Assembly (NCBI RefSeq): GCF_036275555.1
Contig: NZ_DASUDO010000048.1
Coordinates: 30,665-94,664, forward strand
Origin: Arenimonas sp.
Lineage (GTDB): Bacteria > Pseudomonadota > Gammaproteobacteria > Xanthomonadales > Xanthomonadaceae
Direction: 5' to 3'
DNA: 64,000 nt
In this document: one piece after another, positions 55,331 to 64,000 of the stretch
How positions within the stretch are numbered: position 1 is the first letter of the stretch
How the letters are laid out: each line of letters starts with the position of its first letter
Translations under genes and position numbers: made by a program
The notes under the pieces: generated by a model
Told to the model about the DNA's origin: nothing
What the model saw: only the letters and a program-made list of their open reading frames with translations
The model's database searches: none

Positions 55331-56182
55331 ATGAAGTTCACGAGCCGGCAAGACATCGCTCGATACTACGACCGGGTGACCGCCCGGGCTGAGGACCTCG
55401 CGCCGCACCTGCGGCGGGCCCGGGACCCGTTCGAAGAATCCGACATCGAAGACGTCGCCAGCCTGTTGGCCGGGGGAGTGGAAACGGTGTTCGCGCCCCT
55501 CGCGGCGCACCAACGCACGGCCTATTCGGCATTGCAGGCGCTGGGGCCCGAGCTCCTGGTCTGCGAGCGCACGACGAGGAACGCGGTTGACCGACCACTT
55601 TGGCTCTGTGATGCCTTTGTCGGCGCCGGCGAGCGGTACGTGCGTGTCGGCGCGTACTTCCGGGGGGACTCGATCGCCGAGGCAGGCGCGCGCAGCGTGT
55701 ACTGGTTTCGCTATGCGGCGCTTCCGCCACCGATTGCCGAGGCGTACTACTCGACGATCGCCGGCCTGGAAGTCATGGATCGGTTGCCGGGGGATCCGCT
55801 GCAGAGTCGCGTGCTGCCGGCGATGATCCATGTGTGGCTTCGCGCGGACCAGGTTGGCAGCGCCGTGCCGCCAAAGACCATGAAGGCGGGGCTGTCCGCG
55901 GTGGCCGATCCGGACGCGGTGCCGCGCCCCGATGGCCTGGTCTGGAAGTCCTTCGCCTGCGTCCTGGACAGTCGGGAGAAAGAGGCCCAGGGTACGGAGG
56001 GCGACCTGCTGTTCGTCCAGGAGCGCAGCGCGACGCAGCGGGTTTTCCACGTGCATGACGGAGACTTCGCATCGATCCGCCTGGTCCAGGACCCGGTGCA
56101 CCTCTACGACCAGTACGTCGCCTGGGTATTCGCCGGTGGCGTCGGCCGATTCGACTTCTGCGCACACAGCAGGCCGGCATGA
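55331..56182 (+). CDS. Orphan hypothetical protein
   Basis: 283 aa, AAGGA SD, lower GC3, 4-bp overlap with the OYE gene. Confidence 0.7.
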   Translation: MKFTSRQDIARYYDRVTARAEDLAPHLRRARDPFEESDIEDVASLLAGGVETVFAPLAAHQRTAYSALQALGPELLVCERTTRNAVDRPLWLCDAFVGAGERYVRVGAYFRGDSIAEAGARSVYWFRYAALPPPIAEAYYSTIAGLEVMDRLPGDPLQSRVLPAMIHVWLRADQVGSAVPPKTMKAGLSAVADPDAVPRPDGLVWKSFACVLDSREKEAQGTEGDLLFVQERSATQRVFHVHDGDFASIRLVQDPVHLYDQYVAWVFAGGVGRFDFCAHSRPA

Positions 56183-57303
56183 CTACCCCCAAACTCTTCG
56201 AACCGCTTTCCGTTGGCGCGCTGTCGCTCGCCAACCGCATCGTCATCGCGCCCATGTGCCAGTACTCGGCGGTGGACGGAAGGATGACCGACTGGCACGT
56301 GATCCACCTCGGCCAGCTGGCGCTGTCGGGCGCCGGCCTGCTCACGATCGAGGCCACGGCCGTGCTTCCCGAAGGGCGGATCTCCTACGGTGACGTCGGG
56401 CTCTGGGATGACGCCACCGAGGCGGCGATGGCGACGGTGCTGCAGTCCGTTCGCCGATGGTCTTCGATGCCGATCGCGATCCAGCTGGCCCACGCCGGCC
56501 GCAAGGCGTCCACCGACCTGCCGTGGCAAGGCGGCAGGCAGATCGCGCCCGATCACGCCCACGGCTGGCAGACCGTCGCGCCGTCCGCGTTGCCATTCCA
56601 CGACACCGACAACGCCCCCGTGGCGATGACGCCCGAGCAGATGGACGAGGTGCGCGACGCCTTCGCAGCCGCCGCGCGCCGCGCTGCGCGCCTGGGGCTC
56701 GACGCCGTCCAGATCCACGCCGCGCACGGCTACCTGCTGCACCAGTTCCTGTCGCCGCTGTCGAACCGGCGCGACGACGAGTACGGCGGCTCGCTGGAGA
56801 ACCGCATGCGCTTCCCGCTGGACGTCTTCGACGCGGTGCGCGCGGCCTTCCCGGCGGACAGGCCGGTCAGCGTGCGCGTGTCCGCCACCGACTGGGTCGC
56901 CGGCGGCTGGTCCACCGAGGACACGGTGGCTTTCGCGAAGGCGCTCGAGGCGCGCGGCTGCAGCGCCATCCACGTCTCCACCGGCGGACTGCATCCCGCG
57001 CAGCAGATCCCCGTCGGCCCCGGCTACCAAGTGCCGCACGCGCGCACGGTGAAGCAGGCCGTGGCGATCCCCGTGGTCGCGGTCGGAATGATCACCGACT
57101 ACGACCACGCCGAGGCCATCGTCGCCACGGGCGACGCCGACCTCATCGCCATCGCCCGCGGCATCCTCTACGACCCCCGCTGGCCCTGGCACGCCGCCGC
57201 GCACCTGGGCGCCAGCGTCACCGCGCCCCCGCAATACCTGCGCTCCCAGCCCCGCCAGTTCCCGAACCTCCTGACCGCAAATGAACCAGGTTCATTTGCT
57301 TAA
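56179..57303 (+). CDS. NADH:flavin oxidoreductase (Old Yellow Enzyme, YqjM/XenA-like)
   Basis: APMCQYS, QLAHAGRKAS and HAAHGYLLHQFLSP..NRR.DEYGG. Confidence 0.93.
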   Translation: MTTPKLFEPLSVGALSLANRIVIAPMCQYSAVDGRMTDWHVIHLGQLALSGAGLLTIEATAVLPEGRISYGDVGLWDDATEAAMATVLQSVRRWSSMPIAIQLAHAGRKASTDLPWQGGRQIAPDHAHGWQTVAPSALPFHDTDNAPVAMTPEQMDEVRDAFAAAARRAARLGLDAVQIHAAHGYLLHQFLSPLSNRRDDEYGGSLENRMRFPLDVFDAVRAAFPADRPVSVRVSATDWVAGGWSTEDTVAFAKALEARGCSAIHVSTGGLHPAQQIPVGPGYQVPHARTVKQAVAIPVVAVGMITDYDHAEAIVATGDADLIAIARGILYDPRWPWHAAAHLGASVTAPPQYLRSQPRQFPNLLTANEPGSFA

Positions 57304-57355
57304 GGTGCCTGGCTCGAACCGTTCGTCCGGGCAAATGAACCTGGTTCATTTGCGG

Positions 57356-57359
<4 letters not shown>
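57271..57359. repeat. 89-bp inverted doublet of CCWGG-centred palindromes
   Basis: Perfect 29-bp arms CTGACCGCAAATGAACCAGGTTCATTTGC at 57271-57299 and 57331-57359. Confidence 0.9.
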
Positions 57360-58046
<687 letters not shown>

Positions 58047-58054
<8 letters not shown>

Positions 58055-59249
58055 GGCGGATCGCCTCCACCGGGTCCAGGCCCGAGGCGCGCCGCGCCGG
58101 CACCGCCGCCGCCACGATGCCGGTCACGGTGGCCAGCGCCGCCGCGCCGACCAGCAGCCACGGGCTCACGGGAATGAAGAACAGCTTCGGCCCGAACGTG
58201 TTGAACGCGCCCACCAGCGCATAGCCCGCCACCCCGCCGACCAGCGACCCCGCCAGCCCGAAGATCGCGCCCTGCATCAGGAACACCCGCAGCATCTGCG
58301 GCCGCGTGGTGCCCATCGCGCGCAGGATGCCAATCTCGCGCGTGCGCTGCACCACGCTCACCGACAGCACGCTGGCGATGCCCAGCGCCACGCTCAGCGC
58401 CACGAACAGGCTGATCATCTGCGTGCTCAGGCTTTGCGAGCGCAGCGCGTTCATCAGCTGGGCATTGGTCTCCATCCAGCTCTCGGACTTGAGCCCGGTC
58501 AGCCGGCCGATGCGCGCCGCGATCGACTTCGCCGCGAAGATGTCGTCCACGGTCACGTCGATCACGGTCGCCGCGCCCGGCAGGTCCAGCAGCGACTGCG
58601 CCTGCTTCATGTCCAGGTACACGTAGCGCGAATCCAGTTCACGCACGCCCAGCTCGAAGATGCCCGCCACGTTCACCACGCTCTCGCGCCCCTGGCCGCC
58701 ATCCAGCCGCAGCTTGTCGCCCACCCGGATGCCGAGGTCGGCGGCCAGCTGCTTGCCGATCACCGTGTCGCCGGCACCGATGCGGAACACGCCGGCCACC
58801 ACGTCGTCCTGGATCGGGATGATGCGCTGGTAGCGCCCGGCGTCGATGCCCACCAGCGCCACCGACTCCAGCGCCTCGCCGCGCCGCGCGAACGCCGGGC
58901 CTGAGATCACCGGCGACACCGCGGTCACCTGCGGCAGCGTGTCCAGCACGTCGCGCACCTGCTGCCAGTTGTTGATCGAACGCAGCCGCTGCGCGCGCTT
59001 GTTCTCCAGCACCAGCTGCACGCTGCCGTCGGCGGGCGCCAGGATGCGGTTGGTTTCCTCGGTGGGCTGCACGCGGATATGCGCCTGCGTGCCCAGCGTG
59101 CGGTTGATGATGTTGCCCTGCAGGCCGGTGATCAGCGCGGTCAGGAACACGATCACCGCCACGCCCGTGGCGATGCCGACCAGGATCAGCGTGCTCTGCG
59201 CCTTGCCCTCGCGCAGGAAGCGGGTGGCGATGGTCCATTCGATCCACAT
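58047..59249 (-). CDS. ABC transporter permease (FtsX/MacB/LolE type)
   Basis: Four-TM layout, RTREIGILRAMG and LDPVEAIR. Confidence 0.92.
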
Positions 59250-59254
59250 CGGCG

Positions 59255-60472
59255 TCAGTCGAGCTTGGCCGGCAGTTCGTTGCGGGTGGCGGCGTCGCCG
59301 GCAGCGGCGGGCAGCGCGCTGTCGCGCGCGCGCACGCGGTCGCCCTCGGCCACCGGTGCCTTGGCGTCGGCCAGTACCCGGTCGCCTTCGGCCAGGCCCT
59401 CGGTGACCTCGGTCATCGCCAGGCCGCGCAGGCCCAGCGTCACGGTGCGGCGCACGGCGCGGCCGTCCACCACCGCCCACAGTTCGGCGCGGCCGTCGTC
59501 GGTGGTGGCCAGGGCGTCGTTGGGCACGACGATGGCGCGTTCGCGGCGGCCGGTCTCCACGTTCACCGACACGGTCATGTCCTGGCGCAGGAAATCAGGC
59601 GCGGGCGACACGGTGAGCCGGATGTCCACCGAGCCGCGCTGCGGGTCCACGCTGGGCGCGATGAAGCTGACGCGGGCCGGGAAGGGGCGCGAGGGGAAGG
59701 CATCGGCCACGCACATCGCCGGCTGGTCCAGCGCCAGCACCTCGAGGTTCTTCTCGTCCAGCGGCAGCAGGATCTCGGTGTCGCCGGCGCGCGCGATCTC
59801 GAACAGCACGCGGCCGGGCTGCACCAGGTCGCCGGGCTCGGCGTTGCGGGTGAGCACGGTGCCGGCCACTTCGGCGCGGATCGTGGTCTTGGCCAGCTGG
59901 GCCCGCGCGGTTTCGAGCCGGGCCCGGGCGGCGGCCTCGGCGGGTTGGCCGGCGGCGAGGGCGGTGGCGGCCAGGCGGGCCTGTTCGGCGGCGGAGCGGG
60001 CGGTGGTCTCGGCCTGGGTGGCCTGCTCCAGGGCTTCGCGGGCGATCAGCTGGCGGGCGAACAGGTCGCGGCGCCGCGCGGCCTCGCGGCTGGCCTGGGC
60101 CAGCCGGGCCTCGGCCTCGCGCAGCGCGGCCTGGGCCTGCGGGCGGGTCGCCTGCTGCAGCTGGGCGAGGGCGGATTCGGCCTCGCGCACGGCGGCTTCG
60201 AGGTCATCCGCGCGCAGCACCGCCAGCACGTCGCCCGGCTGCACCACGTCGCCTTCCTCCACCCGCCGCTCGACCACCACCGCGGTAACCGGGCTGCCCA
60301 CCTGCGCCCGCGACACCGCCGCCACCCGGCCGGTGGCGACCACGGTCTGCACCAGCGGCCGGGCGGTGACCGGGTAGCCGTCGAGCACCGGGCCGCGCAG
60401 GGACTGCAGGCCGGTCCAGCCCAGGACGAGCGCGACCAGGGCCAGCGCGGCAAGGACGAGGGGGCGCTTCAT
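59255..60472 (-). CDS. Efflux periplasmic adaptor (MacA/HlyD-like)
   Basis: N-terminal TM, VEEGDVV, coiled hairpin, IRAEVAG and VVPNDAL. Confidence 0.9.
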   Translation of the reverse strand: MKRPLVLAALALVALVLGWTGLQSLRGPVLDGYPVTARPLVQTVVATGRVAAVSRAQVGSPVTAVVVERRVEEGDVVQPGDVLAVLRADDLEAAVREAESALAQLQQATRPQAQAALREAEARLAQASREAARRRDLFARQLIAREALEQATQAETTARSAAEQARLAATALAAGQPAEAAARARLETARAQLAKTTIRAEVAGTVLTRNAEPGDLVQPGRVLFEIARAGDTEILLPLDEKNLEVLALDQPAMCVADAFPSRPFPARVSFIAPSVDPQRGSVDIRLTVSPAPDFLRQDMTVSVNVETGRRERAIVVPNDALATTDDGRAELWAVVDGRAVRRTVTLGLRGLAMTEVTEGLAEGDRVLADAKAPVAEGDRVRARDSALPAAAGDAATRNELPAKLD

Positions 60473-60527
60473 GGACGGGCTCCGGGGTGTGCTCCGCCGA
60501 GGATAGCGAGTCGCCCGGTGATGCCGG

Positions 60528-60616
60528 GGAAAAATGTACCAGGTTCATTTGTTCGGCCGAGATCGCACGCCTTTGCCAGCATCCGGCCCGAATAAATGAA
60601 CCTGGTACATTTTTCC
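60528..60616. repeat. 89-bp inverted doublet of CCWGG-centred palindromes
   Basis: 29-bp arms GGAAAAATGTACCAGGTTCATTT(G/A)TTCGG at 60528-60556 and 60588-60616, one mismatch. Confidence 0.9.
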
Positions 60617-60633
60617 TCGTAGAATCCGGGGCC

Positions 60634-61563
60634 ATGAATCAGACCACCCTCAGCGCCGAACAGGCGCGCGTCCTCGCCAAGGGTCCGTTCCCGGACTATC
60701 CCTTCGTCCCGAAGTCCTTCGTGCACCCGAATGGCCTCACCCAGTCCTACCTGGACGAGGGCGAGGGCGACCCGGTGCTGATGCTGCACGGCAACCCGTC
60801 CTGGTCGTACTACTGGCGCCACCTGGTGCTGGGCCTGCGCGACGACTACCGCTGCATCGTGCCCGACCACATCGGCATGGGCCTGTCCGACAAGCCCGAC
60901 GACAAGGCCTACAGCTACACCCTGCGCAGCCGCATCCAGGACCTGGACCGCCTGCTGACCCACCTGGGCGTGGGCGACGACCTCACCCTGGCGGTGCACG
61001 ACTGGGGCGGCATGATCGGCTTCGGCTGGGCGCTCAAGCACGGCGCCCGCATCAAGCGCCTGATCATCCTCAACACCGCGTCCTTCCCGCTGCCGGCCAG
61101 CAAGCCCTTGCCCTGGCAGCTCAAGCTGGGCCGCGACTACAACCTCGGCGCGCTCGCCATCCGCGGCTTCAACGCCTTCGCGGCCGGCGCCACCCGCCAG
61201 GGCGTGGTGCGCAAGATGCCCGCCGACGTGCTCAAGGCCTACGAGGCCCCGTACGACAGCTGGAAGAACCGCATCTCCACCCTGCGCTTCGTGCAGGACA
61301 TCCCGTTGGCGCCGGGCGACCGCGCCTGGGACCTGGTGGAAGAGGCCGGCAAGCGCCTGGCGTCCTACGCCGACCGCCCCGCCTACCTGGGCTGGGGCCT
61401 GCAGGACTTCGTGTTCGACCACCATTTCCTGAAGGGCTTCGAGGAGGCGCTGCCGCGCGCCGAGAAGCAGGTCTACGAGGACGCCGGCCACTACGTGCTC
61501 GAGGACAAGCACGAGGTGCTGGTGCCGCGCCTGCGCGACTTCCTCGACCGCAACCTGCTGTGA
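60634..61563 (+). CDS. oleB: Beta-lactone decarboxylase OleB (haloalkane dehalogenase fold)
   Basis: HGNPSWSY, HDWGG and GHYVLED; upstream of oleC. Confidence 0.92.
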   Translation: MNQTTLSAEQARVLAKGPFPDYPFVPKSFVHPNGLTQSYLDEGEGDPVLMLHGNPSWSYYWRHLVLGLRDDYRCIVPDHIGMGLSDKPDDKAYSYTLRSRIQDLDRLLTHLGVGDDLTLAVHDWGGMIGFGWALKHGARIKRLIILNTASFPLPASKPLPWQLKLGRDYNLGALAIRGFNAFAAGATRQGVVRKMPADVLKAYEAPYDSWKNRISTLRFVQDIPLAPGDRAWDLVEEAGKRLASYADRPAYLGWGLQDFVFDHHFLKGFEEALPRAEKQVYEDAGHYVLEDKHEVLVPRLRDFLDRNLL

Positions 61564-61564
61564 G

Positions 61565-63235
61565 ATGACGGCGGCCTGCAACATCGCCGCCGCGCTGCCG
61601 CGGCTGGCCGCCGAGGCGCCCGATCGCGTCGCCATGCGCTGCCCGGGCTCGCGCGGGCCCGGCGGCTTCGCCCGCCACGACCTCACGCTCAGCTACCGCG
61701 AACTCGACCAGCGCTCCGACGCGATCGCGGCGGGACTCGCGAAGCACGGCATCGGCCGCGGCACCCGCGCGGTGGTGATGGTGCGGCCCTCGCCCGAGTT
61801 CTTCCTGCTGATGTTCGCCTTGTTCAAGGCGGGCGCCGTGCCGGTGCTGGTGGATCCGGGCATCGACAAGCGCGCGCTGAAGCAGTGCCTCGGCGAAGCT
61901 AAGCCCGAGGCCTTCATCGGCATCCCGCTGGCGCAGTTCGCGCGGATACTGCTGCGCTGGGCGCCGTCGGTGCGCACGCGCATCACGGTGGGTCGCCGTT
62001 GGTTCTGGGGCGGCGCGACGCTGGCTGAGGTCGAAGTCGCGGGCCACGGCGCGGGCCCGCAGCTGGCCGACACCGCGGGCGACGACGTCGCCGCGATCCT
62101 GTTCACCTCCGGCTCCACCGGCGTGCCCAAGGGCGTGGTCTACCGCCACCGCCACTTCGTCGCGCAGATCGACCTGCTGCGCGACGCCTTCGGCATCCGG
62201 CCCGGTGGCGTGGACATGCCGACCTTCCCGCCGTTCGCGCTGTTCGACCCGGCCCTGGGCCTGAGTTCGATCATCCCCGACATGGATCCCACCCGGCCCG
62301 CCAAGGCCGACCCGCGCAAGCTGCTGCACGCGATGAAGGCCTTCGGCGTCGACCAGCTGTTTGGCTCGCCGGCGCTGATGAAGGTGCTGGCCGACCACGG
62401 CCAGAAGCTCGACGGCCTGCGCCGCGTCACCTCCGCCGGCGCGCCCGTGCCCGCCGACGTGGTGGCGCGCATCAGCGCCCTGCTGCCGGACGACGCGCAG
62501 TTCTGGACGCCCTACGGCGCCACCGAGTGCCTGCCCGTCGCGGTGATCGAAGGCCGCGAACTGCAGTCCACCCGCGATGCCACCGAACACGGCGCCGGCA
62601 CCTGCGTCGGCCGCCCGGTGCCGCCGAACGAGGTGCGCATCATCGCCATCACCGACGCCGCGATCACCGACTGGTCGCAGGCGCAGGTGCTGGGCGCGGA
62701 AGCCATCGGCGAGATCACCGTCGCCGGCCCCACCGCCACCGACGAATACTTCAACCGCCCGCAGGCGACCGCGCTGGCGAAGATCCGCGAGACCCTGCCC
62801 GACGGCAGCACGCGCGTGGTGCACCGCATGGGCGACCTCGGCCGCTTCGACGCCGAGGGCCGGCTGTGGTTCTGCGGCCGCAAGTCGCACCGCGTGCGCA
62901 CGGCGCTGGGCAACCTCTACACCGAGCAGGTCGAGCCGGTGTTCAACACCCATCCCGACGTCGCGCGCACCGCGCTGGTCGGCGTGGGCGAGGGCAACGA
63001 CCAACGGCCCGTGCTTTGCGTCGAGATGGCGCCGAACCTGCCGATGTCGGAGCACGAGCGCGTGCTCGACGAGCTTTATCGCCTCGGCATGGGCTATGTG
63101 CACACCGCGCGCATCCACGATTTCCTGATCCACCCGGGCTTCCCGGTCGACATCCGCCACAACGCCAAGATCGGCCGCGAGCAGCTGGCGGCCTGGGCCG
63201 CGAAGCAGCCGCGCGTGCCGCGGAGGAACGCATGA
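61565..63235 (+). CDS. oleC: Olefin beta-lactone synthetase OleC (AMP-dependent ligase)
   Basis: [22 protein letters not shown] and [10 protein letters not shown]. Confidence 0.93.
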   Translation: MTAACNIAAALPRLAAEAPDRVAMRCPGSRGPGGFARHDLTLSYRELDQRSDAIAAGLAKHGIGRGTRAVVMVRPSPEFFLLMFALFKAGAVPVLVDPGIDKRALKQCLGEAKPEAFIGIPLAQFARILLRWAPSVRTRITVGRRWFWGGATLAEVEVAGHGAGPQLADTAGDDVAAILFTSGSTGVPKGVVYRHRHFVAQIDLLRDAFGIRPGGVDMPTFPPFALFDPALGLSSIIPDMDPTRPAKADPRKLLHAMKAFGVDQLFGSPALMKVLADHGQKLDGLRRVTSAGAPVPADVVARISALLPDDAQFWTPYGATECLPVAVIEGRELQSTRDATEHGAGTCVGRPVPPNEVRIIAITDAAITDWSQAQVLGAEAIGEITVAGPTATDEYFNRPQATALAKIRETLPDGSTRVVHRMGDLGRFDAEGRLWFCGRKSHRVRTALGNLYTEQVEPVFNTHPDVARTALVGVGEGNDQRPVLCVEMAPNLPMSEHERVLDELYRLGMGYVHTARIHDFLIHPGFPVDIRHNAKIGREQLAAWAAKQPRVPRRNA

Positions 63236-64000
63236 AAGTGCTCGTGACCGGCGGCGCCGGCTTCCTCGGCCAGGCCCTGTGCAAGGCGCTGCAGGCCGAA
63301 GGCCACGACGTCACCAGCTTCCAGCGCAGCCACTCGCCGGCGCTCGAGGCGATGGGCGTGCGCCAGGTGCGCGGCGACCTCGCCGACGCCGCGGCGGTGC
63401 TCGCCGCCTTCGCGGGCCAGGACGCCATCTTCCACAACGCCGCCAAGGCCGGCGCGTGGGGAAGCGTGGAAAGCTACTTCAGCGCCAACGTCACCGGCAC
63501 GCGCAACGTGCTGGCGGCGATGCGCGCGCACGGCATCGCGCGGCTGGTGTACACGTCCACGCCCAGCGTCACCCACAGCGGCCGCACACCCGTGGAAGGC
63601 GGCAACGAGGACAACACGCCTTACGGCGAGCACTTCCGGGCGCCGTATCCGGCCACCAAGCTGATCGCGGAAAAAGAGGTGCTGGCCGCGAACGACGCCA
63701 CGCTCGCCACCGTGGCGCTGCGCCCGCGCCTGATCTGGGGCCCGGGCGACACCCAGCTGCTGCCGCGCCTGGTCGAGCGCGCGAACGCGGGCCGCCTGCG
63801 CTTCGTCGGCGGCGGCCACAACCGCATGGACACCACCTACATCGACAACGCCGCGCAGGCACACGTCGATGCCTTCAAGGCGCTGGTGCCAGGCGCGCCC
63901 TGTGCGGGCAAGGCGTATTTCATCTCGAATGGCGAGCCGCGGCCGGTGCGCCAGATCGTCAACGACATGCTGGCCGCCGCGGGCGTGCCGCCGGTCACCG
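63232..64000 (+). CDS. oleD: 2-alkyl-3-oxoalkanoate reductase OleD, truncated by window edge
   Basis: Manual translation [36 protein letters not shown]; GGAGG SD; overlaps the oleC stop. Confidence 0.9.
   Translation, partial: MKVLVTGGAGFLGQALCKALQAEGHDVTSFQRSHSPALEAMGVRQVRGDLADAAAVLAAFAGQDAIFHNAAKAGAWGSVESYFSANVTGTRNVLAAMRAHGIARLVYTSTPSVTHSGRTPVEGGNEDNTPYGEHFRAPYPATKLIAEKEVLAANDATLATVALRPRLIWGPGDTQLLPRLVERANAGRLRFVGGGHNRMDTTYIDNAAQAHVDAFKALVPGAPCAGKAYFISNGEPRPVRQIVNDMLAAAGVPPVT

Noticed and set aside
60487-60633. N-terminal extension of OleB
   Set aside because: It is translated repeat and promoter DNA; ATG 60634 follows a TAGAAT box.

Overview
A very GC-rich chromosomal window whose gene content and order point to a Xanthomonadaceae/Lysobacteraceae bacterium (Arenimonas/Lysobacter-like; inferred from ax21, oleABCD, hemDXY, yiiD-C and rhodanese-secB-gpsA). 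It is mostly core genome: nitrogen assimilation (gltBD, glnA with a clear NtrC/IHF/sigma54 promoter, ntrB, ntrC), a lipid-remodelling block, LPS/surface genes, a patatin-barrel protein, a thiolase, an M16 peptidase and olefin biosynthesis genes. Small accessory insertions interrupt it. A RES-Xre toxin-antitoxin pair plus an orphan gene split ntrB from ntrC. A secreted protein and an extracellular nuclease follow glnA. An ~11 kb cargo block separates oleA from oleBCD. No CRISPR array, rRNA, tRNA, transposase or integrase was seen. The most interesting signals are: (i) a 73-aa secreted Cys-pair micro-protein with its own complete sigma54 promoter (GTGTCCG repeats, IHF-like site, -24/-12 box); (ii) CCWGG-centred palindromes whose 89-bp inverted doublets bracket a MacAB-like efflux module; (iii) a glycosyltransferase that appears to start at ATC, overlapping the ATG of a divergent gene, with two REP units translated in its C-terminus; (iv) an ntrC with its own NtrC-box promoter; and (v) recurrent leaderless-mRNA promoter geometry. 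All assignments come from reading motifs by eye; no database searches were run.
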